DNA of 64,000 nucleotides from Octopus vulgaris (lineage: Eukaryota), in contig OX597815.1 in assembly GCA_951406725.2 (NCBI GenBank), forward strand, positions 138,136,001-138,200,000, written 5' to 3'. The translations under genes were made by a program, and so were the position numbers. Each line of letters begins with the position of its first letter. Position 1 is the first letter of the stretch. Positions 1-12,532 of the stretch are shown here, one piece after another. Under the pieces are notes generated by a model, which saw only the letters and a list, made by a program, of their open reading frames with translations, searched no databases and was not told the origin of the DNA.

Positions 1-335
1 TAATTGGCCCCTTACTAACTCGATTCTCTGGCTAATGTCATGCGGAATTTCCTCAATCTGATAATGCCTCTCGGTAGACCACCCTTATTGTTTGGTTATG
101 TGGAGCCATGATAATTAATTCCTACTTCTGGAAACTGCAATGTACAATTGCAGTGGGAGAAGCACAAGAATAAGAGATCTAAATCGATTGTTTTAAATGT
201 CTCTCCTTGACCTTTGTTTATTGCCATCGCAAAACATGACTTGTATGGGAAGAGAAGACATCAGACTTTCTCAGGGGTGCTCAATGTCTGACAGGGGATG
301 GTGGAGTTCTTGGTCGGAGGACAATTTCACATTTG

Positions 336-439
336 TAAGGACCACAGGAAAGAATAGCTTCAATGATGTTAGCAAGGAGCTACAATGTAAGGACCACAGG
401 AAAGAATAGCTTCATTGATGTTAGCAAGGAGCTACAATG
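336..439. repeat. Tandem duplication of a 52-bp unit
   Basis: taaggaccacaggaaagaatagcttca(a/t)tgatgttagcaaggagctacaatg occurs twice head-to-tail. Confidence 0.9.
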
Positions 440-746
440 TATGGATATGAATATATACATATATATTCCTGCACCCACGCACACACACACACGCGCCCGC
501 GCGTACATATTAGTAGTATTTATTGTATATTTGTGTGTGGTTATGTAGCTAAATTAACAGATGCGTCTTTTGTTGCATGTTATTGCTTGAATATATATAT
601 ATATATACATATATGTATCAATAATAATAAGGGTAAAATTAATTTATAATTAATAATTTTACCAAGCAGTGTTCAGTATATAAAGGACCATTTACGGATA
701 TTTAAAATATTACTTTATATAATTATATGAACCCTAATTATATAAA

Positions 747-793
<47 letters not shown>

Positions 794-797
<4 letters not shown>

Positions 798-1167
798 ATT
801 TAGGAATGGTCATTTTGCCAGTTTAACCAATAAAAACACACGCACTATATATTTGGTGTTAATTTGCTTCAGTTTTATTTATTTTTTACATTAATCTTAA
901 TCTTATTTCTGCTAGAGTTCTTTCGTTACGCTTCTGCGACCTCATCAGTGGTCCTTTGCTGACCGTTAGGAAGGAGAGACACACAAATAAGAAAGAAGAA
1001 AGCGAAGGACCACTGATGAGATCACAGAAGTGTGACGAAAGAACTCTGGCCGAAATAAGATTAAGATTAATGTAAAAAATAAATAAAACTGAAGCAAATT
1101 AACACCAAATATATAGTTCGTGTGTTTTTATTGGCTTAACTGGCAAAACGACCATTCCTAAATACAA
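794..1167. mobile_element. Palindromic ORF-less element (arms 794-960 / 1001-1167) with an HHR in each arm; probably PLE pLTR-derived
   Basis: ~166-bp inverted arms with a 40-bp spacer. It starts at the edge of a (TA)n tract. HHR motif at 1010-1049 (+) and 912-951 (-). Confidence 0.75.
1010..1049 (+). ncRNA. Minimal type-I hammerhead ribozyme motif with an extra G after A9
   Basis: CCA-CTGATGA-G-(A)TCACA-gaag-TGTGAC-GAAA-G-aa-CTC-TGG. The mirror copy supplies G at the base of stem II (GTCGCA). Confidence 0.7.
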
Positions 1168-1243
1168 AGTTTGTATTGTGGAAACAACATCTGTTTCGAC
1201 ACACGATTTCACATCAAGAATCTTGCAAAACAAATATATAAAC

Positions 1244-1313
<70 letters not shown>

Positions 1314-1380
1314 ATATAATAAAACGATCTATGAATTTTAAAACGCATGCCAATGTTCTAAATATTCAACAAACACACAC

Positions 1381-1470
<90 letters not shown>

Positions 1471-1749
1471 ATATATATACATCTGATATTTTGGTGTTTT
1501 CCCTCCATATCTACGTGAATTATTTTTGAGTAAACACTATCTGGGAGACTCTTCTTAAAGTAGAAGAAATGGCTAAAAAAATTTTTTGGCTGCTATTTCT
1601 AAAAATTTCAGTATGTGGCAAAGTAAATTATTTTACTAAGCCCTAATTATATAACGTAATATTTTGAATACGCCTTGAATGGTCCTTTTACATACTGAAC
1701 ACTACTTGGTGAAATTAATTAATAATTAATTGATTTTACCCTTAATCAT

Positions 1750-1819
<70 letters not shown>

Positions 1820-2577
1820 GCCCTGTACCAATTTTCTCCCTCTTACTACTGACACGTGACTTGTGTGGTCATTCTTCTTTTTCTCTTTCTCCTTTCTTTA
1901 TCACACCGATCGCTGAAGAAATCAGTCCAGTCATATTTTCTGTTGTCTCCCTCTTCAACCTGTTTTGCCCTCTGTTGTCCTTCTGCTTCTAAACCTTTAG
2001 GATTTTCCAGTGAGCGTTATCCACACTTTCGTCTCTGTTTAGCCCTAAGGCTGTAATCGTTTTTTTTTTTTACTTTCGTCTTTGTCCCTCACCAGTTTAC
2101 TAATAGTCTCGTCTTGAATCACATCTATTCATGTTCGTACATACACTCCTGTGTTACATGTTTATTTATTTAGTGTTTGTTCATTCTCGTTGTTATGTTT
2201 TGGTCCCATTTTCCGACAGCTTCTTGTCGGTATGGCTACCAGAAAGAAACAATATTTTCGTTAAAGGAGTGAAATTGCGTTTGACCCTCTGGTCAATAAC
2301 CGATGAGGAGTTGGTGACCTGTATCTGTTTTTCGTTTGTTTGTGCATTTATTATGCTTTTTAACTTATATATACACATAGTCTCGTATCTTTATTTTCCA
2401 TACAAGCCATATTTTGCTATATCAAATTCCCAAATTCTCTTTCTCTTTCTTTCGACATATCTGTGCTCATAGTACGAGGGGTTCTCTCAGAACGAATACT
2501 TTAATATCCGTTGTTCTAACAATACACCATCTACATTGAGAACGATACAAAGATTGTCATATTTACGTGCGCGCGCG

Positions 2578-2622
<45 letters not shown>

Positions 2623-2623
2623 A

Positions 2624-2671
<48 letters not shown>

Positions 2672-4115
2672 TATTTGCAGTCTGTGTAGCTTAAACACAC
2701 ACACATGTATATACTTAACAATATGTAAAACACATCACAAATTTGCTGTATCGAAATATTTTATCCTACCAGTTTAATAATAGGCTTCTTAACCTACTAT
2801 AATCGTTAATTGGTTCACTTGTATATTATAAATAAATTTTATATCACATTGAGGCAAAAGCTTAATTTTTTTACGATTTCAGATAATCCAACCCCCTGAG
2901 TTTGTATGAAACTAATCCTACACTCGACTCAATCTTAAAACATAAGTATGGATTTATACAAAATGATTTTCTCCCAAATTAAACAATCATATTAGCAGAT
3001 TAGGTTATTGGATTCTTTCATGGTTGTTGTTTGTCAATATAGTGGACATAGTTTTGAAACTTTACTTTATTGGTATTTTTAGTCTTCTATTGCTGAGAAA
3101 ATTTGGCTTGTGGCGAAATTGACTTTTCAAAAGAAATTTATAACAAAATAAAACCGAGTTTTTTCTTTATCTTTTCTTTTTCTAACTTCCCTTTGTGCTG
3201 GTGTCCAAACCAAAACGATTTCCAATGTAGATTCAAGAATCTATTAAGAGTTCATCTATTTAAAACGTCTTCTGAAGTTATTTCACGTTCTCAGAATATC
3301 TACTTCTTTTAATTCAATATTTTTCTGTTAGCAGAAAATATAAGAGATTCATTCCCTACTTCAAAGTGTTGGATACACAACACTTCAAGTATTTCAAGGT
3401 GAAACACAGTATAAGAGTTCTTCCTAAAAGTCGATAGATAAATATATGTATAAATAGATAAATAACATTACTTAAAGTGTTTGGTCAATAACTAAAGAAC
3501 ATATCTCAATAGTTGCTCTCTTTGCTAAGATCGAAGTCAATTGATTACGTATTAAATTTTAATTCGGCCCTCTTTAATCTGAACATCCAGCCGTGAAGTA
3601 TTTGAATTACGTTATATATTGAAGTAATTCTATAAATTCATTATTTATGAAGTTATTAGATTTTGTTTGCGATTCGTTGGAATGTCTTCAGAAAATTCCA
3701 AGCAAATAATTGTCGTTTGAAATATATCTCAAACAAGTAGCACTGCCTAGGTTTGCCCGAGTTTATTAAAAAGCAAAATATAGTATCGAGAATTTACCGT
3801 ATTTTGCATAAACTGTTTTTAAGAGATACTGAGAAGCATCAGTTTCTTAAAGAATGTCGATTCCCTCACATCTATTCCATCTAAGCAATTCGAAAGATAG
3901 TTCAGACTAAGTTTCATCAAATCGCGCAAAAAAAAAAAACCATAGAATCCAAACTAAGATTCTGGTCGCATATTCTTTTTCTGGAAAAACACACTTTTCT
4001 CAAAATGCTGAGCTTATATACGTAATTACTTTAAATGAATTATTTTTTCTAATTGGTATCTTCCCGCAATGTTTATTGTGGTGCTTAACATTTCAGAAAA
4101 ATGATCTGCTTCATA

Positions 4116-4280
4116 GGCGCAGGCGTGACTGTGTGGTAAAATGTTTAATTCCCACTAATACGGCTCCGGGTACAGTTCCATTGTGTGGCACATTGAGCAT
4201 GTGTCTTCTACTACAGCCCCGGTTCGACCAAAGCATCGCGAGCATATTTGGTGGCTAGAAACTGAAAGAAGTCTGTCGTG
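4116..4280 (+). mobile_element. tRNA-derived SINE (octopus OR-like), 5' part
   Basis: ggcgcaggcgtgactgtgtggtaa...ccgggtacagttccattgtgtggcacattgagcatgtgtcttctact; homologous to the copies at 4316-4721 and 10045-10433. Confidence 0.8.
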
Positions 4281-4315
4281 TGTATATACATTATATATAT
4301 ATATATGTATATATA

Positions 4316-4721
4316 TTCTTTTATTTGTTTCAGTCATGTGACTGCGGCCATGCTGGAGCACCGCCTTTGGTCGAACAAATCGACTCCAGGACTTATTCTT
4401 TGTAAGCCTAGTACTTATTCTGTCTGGTCTCTTTTGCCGAACCACTAAGTTACAGGGACGTAAACACGCCAGCATCGGTTGTCAAGTGATGGTGGGGGGA
4501 AACACAGACACACAAGCATACACGCATACACACGCACGCACACATACACACACATATACGACGGGCTTCTTGCAGTTTCCGTCTATCAAGTCCACTCACA
4601 AGGGTTTGGTCGGCCCGAGACTATAGTAGAAGACACTTGCTCAAGGCACCACGCAGTGGGACTGAACCCGGAGCCATGTGGTTGGTAAGCAAGCAACTTA
4701 CTGCACAGCCTCTCCTGCGCC
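4316..4721 (-). mobile_element. tRNA-derived SINE (octopus OR-like), near full length
   Basis: Minus strand begins GGCGCAGGAGAGGCTGTGCAGTAAG with a box-B-like GGTTCAGTCCC. The tail ATGGCCGCAGTC..ATGACTGAAACAA recurs many times in the window. Confidence 0.85.
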
Positions 4722-5001
4722 TTTTGCATATATATACAAAAAGAAAACTAGTTAAAAATAATGGCCTTACATATTATTCCTTTATTTGAGCAAATTTGGC
4801 TCACAGCTGTTTCCAGTAGTCATTATAGTTACATTACTGATAGGTTTACTCAACTGGTCTGTTGATCAAGTGAGGAAAATTGAACGACTTAAGAAAATTA
4901 ATGCCACTTATATATATATATATCACCACTGTGATCTTCTTGATCTCCTCAGTCTGGGATGTGCCAAATCACCACTCCTGTATATGCCTTTGTTTCAGTT
5001 G

Positions 5002-5392
5002 TTAGCCCATTTGGTATATAAGGGAGTTTGATTCCGTTGCCCTCAACTGTACCTCAGTTCGGGCTGTTGGTTCATCCGGTATTGTGGAGAGGAGGATCTC
5101 TAGTTCCTTTTTGAAGACATCTACTTCCACCTTAGGCAGAGTTTTTAATTTTTGTGACAGGGCATTGAAGTGCTGTGGGTCTTTGAACCCTAGACTATTG
5201 CAGTACCTGGTCCTGCATTTAGATGGAGTAGAAGGTAGCTTTGGTACAATCAATGCCGAAATTAAGTACTAGCCTTTCAAGAGTTTTCTATATATAGATT
5301 ATTACATATCTCTCGTGCCTTCGCTCCAAGGAATGAAGTAGCAGCTTTTCTCAGCATATCCCTGTAGCTCATCCGCTGCACCGTTTCAGTCT
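5002..5392 (-). mobile_element. CR1/L2-group LINE ORF2 3' remnant
   Basis: VPKLPSTPSKCRTRYCNSLGFKDPQHFNAL...FKKELEILLSTIPDEPT; the same family occurs at 30.2 kb and 49.3-49.8 kb. Confidence 0.75.
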
Positions 5393-5450
5393 TTTTAGTG
5401 TGTGTGTATATGTATATATATATATATAAAAACACAACACACACACACAT

Positions 5451-5600
5451 CATGGACTCTCCCGTCGTTAGATGTCGAAATGATCGCACAGCAACGTGAA
5501 ATGTGTTTTGCTTAACAGCACAATGCAACTCCCGGTCTGGGAATCGAACCCACAATCTCACAAGCCTGAATGCTACACCCTAACCGCTAAGTCAAGTGCC

Positions 5601-5601
<1 letters not shown>
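5451..5601 (-). mobile_element. tRNA-derived SINE fragment (family of 25284-25572)
   Basis: Minus strand GACTTAGCGGTTAGGGTG...GGTTCGATTCCC (A/B boxes). Confidence 0.65.
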
Positions 5602-5652
<51 letters not shown>

Positions 5653-7033
5653 GATGGGCTCAGTTTGTTCGAGTAAAACCCTTCAAGGCGATGCCTCAGC
5701 ATGTCTGCAGTCCAATGACTGAAACAAGTAAAAGATAGACCATTCTATTTGAATAGTTGTAGCACTATATAAAATTTCGGCTGCTTAGGTGTAAAATTAT
5801 GTCTTACAACTTGAAATATATATAAATTTACTTGTGTATAATTTAAACTGCAAAAAAGGCCAACGAAATGTATTTGAAGCAAAGATAGGCCACATCTTTG
5901 CAGCTAACAGAAATCTTGGCTTTAAGTTTATTCATTTGCATTTAATCATATTTATTTTGTGCATGTTATAGAAGTTCAATTTTTATTTATTTTGTTAGTT
6001 ATACATTTTAGTCTGCTTCAGTTCATTGTTAGTGATTTTAATAATTTTTTAAGCATACCATATAATAACTATTTTTTTGTACAAATTCACATTTTTCTTA
6101 TTTTTGCTATGCGGGGAAAATACCCTTAGACTTGATATCAAGAGATAAAATACTTCTATTATTCAGTATTTATTCCCTCAAAGGAATACGGTTGCATTGA
6201 TACAAATAGAACCAATCAAATAATTAATCAATCTCATAAATAGAGAGACATGTATACTATTTTCAAATATCAGTGTTGTTTTTGGACTATGTTATATTTA
6301 CTTTATAATAACATTTATTTGATATTTTCAAAGTTTGGAGCATTTTCAGATGTCTTGTATGCTACTAAATACTAAATACAAATTTACTTATGAGCCTACG
6401 GGTTCTGCTATGACAAAAATCATTATTTCTTGCATTGGTTGTTACAACTTCATCTTAGCTTCGTTCTCTTTAGTCGATAAGCTATTTAAATACATCTCCG
6501 AATTTCAGTGAACGACTGAATATTCTATGGCTTTAAAACTGATAAATCTCTGTCTTTTCTGTTCTTTATTGGCTTCATTGTAGCCAGAGATTGGACGATG
6601 TCTTATGGCACACAAGCTAGTATTATTACCATAGAGCATATTATATATATGTTCTTTTACTTGTTTCAGTCATTTGACTGTGGCCACACACCCTCACACG
6701 CACACACACAAACACAGATATATACATATATACATATACATATGTACATACATATATGCATATGTATATATATATATACATACATGTATACGTATATTCG
6801 TATATACATATGTATATATGTATATATATGTGTATATATATATGTACATATATATATGTATATATATTTATATATGTATATATATATATGTGTATATCTA
6901 TATATATTTGTATGTGTATATATATATATATATTTATATGTGTATATATGTTATATGTACATGTATATATACATATATACATATATACATATATTTATAT
7001 ATATATGTATATATATATGTATATATATATGTA

Positions 7034-7098
<65 letters not shown>

Positions 7099-8193
7099 CG
7101 TCAACTTACAATTACAAATTTTGTTGTCATACCCTCCCCGTCATTTTTCTACGAACAGTGAAAGGTGACACCGAATAATTGATACAGCCATCCATCCATC
7201 CATCCATACATACATTCATTGCAATATTAATTTATACTCAACTCACCGTAAGTTCGAACTGAAATATATTTAAATATTATAGATCCTCATTATGGCTTAA
7301 AAAGAAAGAATATGACACTTTGTAATATTAAATTTAATCATCCATTTTGGTTTACGCTATATATTGTGCTTGTATAGTCTTTAATTAATGACAAAATACT
7401 AAAAGCACAAATATATAACCTATCACGATGCTAATTCATGACTACTTAATAAGCTGTTGATACATGCCATTGATTGGAGAAGGTCAGTCTTCTCCGTAGA
7501 GTGGTCAACAAAGAGTAAAAAAATTCGTCTGGAAACTCAGTCCCTGTTTTTTCTCGGCACATCAATAGCATAGAATATATTTATTGTTCTTATTTAACGC
7601 GTGAGGCTTTTCAGTACATACATGTATGCATACATACACACATACGTACACATGTACGTATGTACGTACACACATACATAAATGCATACATACCTAAACA
7701 GATACGATAAAATCTTGGCTCTTCAAATGTATCATAATTTACCATAGAATATTTGAAATATATATCACCAGTATGTGAGAGAATTTATATTGTAGATTTA
7801 GCGATTTATGTGCTAGAACACAAACCTAAGCCACATCATATGATATTTGAAATAATCCAGTTAATTTAACATTTTTATTAGATTGGTCTGGTAGATTAGA
7901 TTGTTAGGGGGCTTACATTTGGACTGCTAAATAAAAAAAATATTAGAGATTATTTTCCAGCTTTGTCTAAACTGCATCGCGTATGAAGTGAATAGATTTT
8001 GTTCGGTTTACTAGACATATGTATCTGAAGATTAGTTTTGTCTCTTTAGTGCATCTTTGTATGACTATACAAATGCATTGTATGTTATTGTATGTGTTTA
8101 TGTATATAAATATATATATATATATATATATACATACAAGCATACATACATGTATATAATGTTTCTGTGGTGCGTTTAACACACACACGCACA

Positions 8194-8237
<44 letters not shown>

Positions 8238-8243
8238 TACACA

Positions 8244-8655
8244 CACATATATATATACAGTTATATACTAAAATTATATGTAAGCCCTACCTCTCTCTCA
8301 CCTTTCTGTGTGTGTGTGTGTTTGGGGTTACTCTAACTCCTCCCATACCGTCCAACCGATTTTAATGATTTTTGACACATAGGCACATCACATGCCCTGA
8401 AGTTCAAATAAGACCGGGATTTTTCGAAAACTCGATGGTGCTCAGTTGGCATCGATTTTTGTGAGCCCAATCGACGTTTGAATCGAAATTCCCATAACAA
8501 TGTTATTTTTCTTACAGCTTTTGCATTATTTTACATGTAAAATTTCAACAAAATCGATAGAATAGTCTATAAGGAAATGCTTATTCAATACAAGGTCAAA
8601 GGTGGGCTTAACTTCAACATGGAAAACACCAGTAACGCCGGGTCCAACAGCTTGT
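8244..8655 (+). mobile_element. Non-autonomous Helitron-like element
   Basis: 5' tatactaaaat, then a tgtg microsatellite and the aaccgatttt...tttgacac motif; the 3' end aacgccgggtccaacagcttgt resembles the CTAG terminus. Confidence 0.55.
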
Positions 8656-8668
8656 ATATATATATATA

Positions 8669-9023
8669 CTAGCAGTATCGCCCGGCGTTGCTCAGGTTTG
8701 TAAGGGAAATAACTATAAAGCATTTTTAGAGAGTTATAGCCAAAAAATAGCAAAAAAATGGAAAAAAATGATGGTAAATTTTTTTTTAGTTAAAAAAGGT
8801 GGAGTTGCGTCCCCTAGACAGTTTGTGTTTCTGATTCTGGACCCCATGTCGAATTTATCGATTTTTTCAGAACTGGGGGAACTTTTCAAAATTTTCGCTG
8901 CGTTAGTTTTGAATTATGACATTGGGCTATGTGTGTGTCAAGTTTCATCAGAATCGGTTGAAAGCAGTGGTCAGGGTGAGGGTACAAGCAAACAGACACA
9001 CAGAAACACACAGACAAACTGCC

Positions 9024-9030
<7 letters not shown>
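8669..9030 (-). mobile_element. Non-autonomous Helitron-like element
   Basis: Minus-strand 3' end GAGCAACGCCGGGCGATACTGCTAGT (CTAG terminus). 5' end TATAAACGGCAGTTTGTCTGTGTG. Internal AACCGATTCTGATGAAACTTGACAC is shared with the neighbouring element. Confidence 0.65.
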
Positions 9031-9112
<82 letters not shown>

Positions 9113-9294
9113 TTATATATATACATGTATGTATTATTTCAATACAGAACAAATTATTCAGGAAATATTTGCGAAGATATCATTGACTCTATTATTATCT
9201 TGTGCAACAATTTAAAAGTGATAATAGCAGAATCAATAATATAGGCGATTGCAGCCCCCCCCCAAGCATTAAATAACCGAAGGATTAAAATTAA

Positions 9295-9560
9295 GCAAGG
9301 GACATACTAAATATGTCTACCTACAGGAAATAACATTCAAACTCTTATTTAAATCGCCAAAATACACTGATAATAACTACAGAAATCAACCGTCCGAAGG
9401 CAAACGGGCTAAAATAATCTCTCAGCATACATTCAAGTATTTGGACTCACGTGGACGGGTTTCTGGATTGGAATTACAGTATTATCAGTGTATTTTGGGG
9501 ATTTAAATAAGACTTTTGACTGTTATTTCCAGCAGGTAAACATACTTAGTATGTCCTTGC
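9295..9560. repeat. Foldback/MITE-like inverted repeat (arms 9295-9378 / 9478-9560)
   Basis: gcaagggacatactaaatatg...aaaatacactgataata vs tattatcagtgtatttt...catacttagtatgtccttgc. Confidence 0.8.
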
Positions 9561-9561
9561 C

Positions 9562-9733
9562 ATGATAGATCGTTAGCTTCTACACGCATTTTTTTCTGTG
9601 TCTTTCTGTCGAAGAGCGTAGGCTCGAAACGTAAAATACTTTTTCTATTTCTATTCCTGAGCGCTATACTAATACATTTGTTTGTTTGTACTCCACCTGC
9701 CTTCGTCTTTTGTTTATTTTCGTAAACTTTCCC

Positions 9734-9737
<4 letters not shown>
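9562..9737 (+). mobile_element. Short (TA)n-associated element with a variant HHR (9602-9637); second copy at 26630-26820 (-)
   Basis: TTT-CTGTCGA-A-GAGC-gtag-GCTC-GAAAC-GTA-AAA; about 150 bp are shared with the reverse complement of 26640-26795. Confidence 0.7.
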
Positions 9738-9807
<70 letters not shown>

Positions 9808-9844
9808 CATATATATATATATAAATATATATATAAATATATAC

Positions 9845-9950
<106 letters not shown>

Positions 9951-10044
9951 GAATTGATTAATTTAAATGCACAAAATTAATCAGTTTTATTCGCTGAATA
10001 CTGAAATTTTATAATTTTAATAGAAGACATCGTCAGTTCTCTAT

Positions 10045-10433
10045 TCTTATTCTTTTACTTGTTTCAGTCATTTGACTGCGGCCACACTGGAGCACCGCCT
10101 TCAGTCGAACAAATCGACCTCAAGACTTATTCTTTGTAAGCTTAGTAGTTATTCTATCGGTCCCTTTTTGCTGACCTGCTAATTTACGGGGACATAAACA
10201 CACCAATATCGGTTGTCAAACGATGGTAGTGAGACTAAATACATACCACACAAACACACATAAGCACATACACACACACACACACATACACACACACGAC
10301 GGGCTTCTTCCAGTTTCCGTTTACCAAATGCACTCACAAGGTCTTGGTCGGCCCGTGGTGCCACGCAGCGGCATTGAACACGGAACTATGTGGTTGGGAA
10401 GCAAGCTTCTTACTGCACAGCCGCTCCTGCGCC
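10045..10433 (-). mobile_element. tRNA-derived SINE (octopus OR-like)
   Basis: Colinear with 4316-4721. Confidence 0.85.
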
Positions 10434-11149
10434 TATTTACATATAAATTAGACTGAGAGCACAGATAATGAGGTTATCGCAGATGAGCCTGAAGTACAGA
10501 TATTGATATCTAAAATTCATATTTCGATCCTTTGATATATTACATCATTAATCGAAACATTCCATTAAAATACAACTAAACATGTTTGCACAACATATTG
10601 TGTTAATCAATAAGGTTTATAGGAACATAATAACTCTATTTGCTCTGATAGCGGGTAGTCGTTGTCATTATTTTTCTTATATCATTCGAAGCAAAAACCT
10701 GCACCCATGGCTTTTGCAGGTTCTTCTAGACAGAATAGTAAATATATTGTGTTGTTTCGCTTCATGCCATCACTGATCAAATAGAAAAAATTAAAAAACT
10801 TTCCAACACTTACCCTCCTACTTTTCTTTCAGACACAGTGTGTCTAGGACTATGTTTTACAAGAGAGATTTGGTTATTATTCTAGCATGTTCGGCAACCA
10901 TCTAGTCGGAATGGTGTGACTATTGTTGTTGTTTAGTTCCAACAAATCAAGCATGATCGAATTGATCTCGGATCAAATGCATTCCAACTATGACCTTCCA
11001 ATAAGTTTGTTCTTATGATAGTGTATCTAGGACTAAATAATCTCGTGCGGTCAATTATTTTAAAAGATATTAAGATGGGATTACAGAGAGATTTGTTTGT
11101 TATTTCTAGAAAGTCTACCGATTGCAAAAAAGGCTCCCTCTGGTCTGTT

Positions 11150-12500
11150 GGATGCTTTCGTGGAAATGTAGGGAGATACAGAATTTCAAGAGTGGGAAGA
11201 GCTAAAGAATAATAAGTTGGTGCAGTGTTCGATTGAGTGACGAAAAGAATTGAAAAAAGTTGATGAGTGCATCACATGCGTTTAGATGTGGATGGTATTT
11301 AGCTGGAGATGTTCAGAGGAAGAAAGATTGTTATAACACGAGGAAATAACTACTATCGTTTGATCTGAGTTAGTGCGAAGGATTCGGCTTTTTGTATAGC
11401 TTAAACAAGTGAGTTGAATGTTGATGGTGCTCAATTTGAATATCTGTAGGTTGATACCGGTAAGAAGATTATAGTTCGAAGAGGAATTTAATAGAACTGA
11501 AAATTTAAGGAGGAATGATTAGGAAAAATTTCTAGTACTGGAAGGTGAGATATAACATGAATGAAAATCAGGTAGATGCATGCAATGAGTCAGCTTGAAT
11601 ATGAGTTGATATTCTTTGGCATAATTTACAAGTAGTTCCACGGAGGAAGACAAAGACAAACAGAAGAAAAATCGACAGACAACTCCAAGGAACGGACAGG
11701 CAAGTCATTAGCAGAAACTCTGAGCTCTGGCTCGCAGGCATGATAGACGGAGAAGACAGGTGCATGGTATGTCACATCAGCAGTCCTACGATTCCATCAG
11801 GAGTTGTAGGTTCAAGCAAACAAGTGAGCAACACATTGGAAAGGTTTGCTGATATCAAGTGAAAGAACATCGTTTTCATAGGAATTTTGAAGACGAGTAA
11901 CCACTGGCGCGTGACAACCGAAAGCGAGTCATCGGTAGTTTTAGCTTTAAAAACTGACCAAGTGGTTCAGGAGAATGCAAAGAGACTGATAGAGGTGGTT
12001 GTTTCTTATCAACTATATAAATGGAAATGAAGGTAATAACTCAGAGAAGTTGCTTGTTTTTAGGAATGGTGTGTACAGTTTCCATATATTGAAGCAAGAA
12101 GAACATTGAGGTCATGGGTGGTGTGGATAGCGGGGTAGAAATTTAATTGCCTTGTTTGAGAGTAATCAAAGGCATAATATTAGAATCAATTGATGTTGGA
12201 TTAGGTGATTGAAGAAATCTTACAATTGGTGACTATCATATGTTGGAATAGCAAGAGATAATTTTGAAGCAGTTTTGATGTGTCAGCACAATGTAGCTTT
12301 GGAAGCAAGATGTATTATCTACATAGCTTTTTACGATATAAGACAAGAAAAAGGAATATCTTTTTACGATGAGAACCTGTCAGAGGAGAAAGGGCAGATT
12401 CAGTTCGAGGTGGTGGAAGAAAGCAAGGAAGTTATCTGTAAATCTGAGACAGAAGTGTTAATTGCAGAGTCATTTGAGAAAGAGAGGGAAGGAGGGGAAA

Positions 12501-12532
<32 letters not shown>

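Larger units (their letters stand above)
617..1753. repeat. Outer inverted repeat pair (~110-bp arms, 617-726 / 1644-1753) bounded by (TA)n
   Basis: taagggtaaaatt...accaagcagtgttcagtatataaaggaccatt is the diverged reverse complement of aatggtcctttacatactgaacactacttggt...ttttaccctta. Confidence 0.8.

Noticed and set aside
1180-1222. Minus-strand TTGATGT..TC-GAAAC-AGAT-GTT as an HHR
   Set aside because: The core breaks the 3-8 pair and A9, and no stem I forms.
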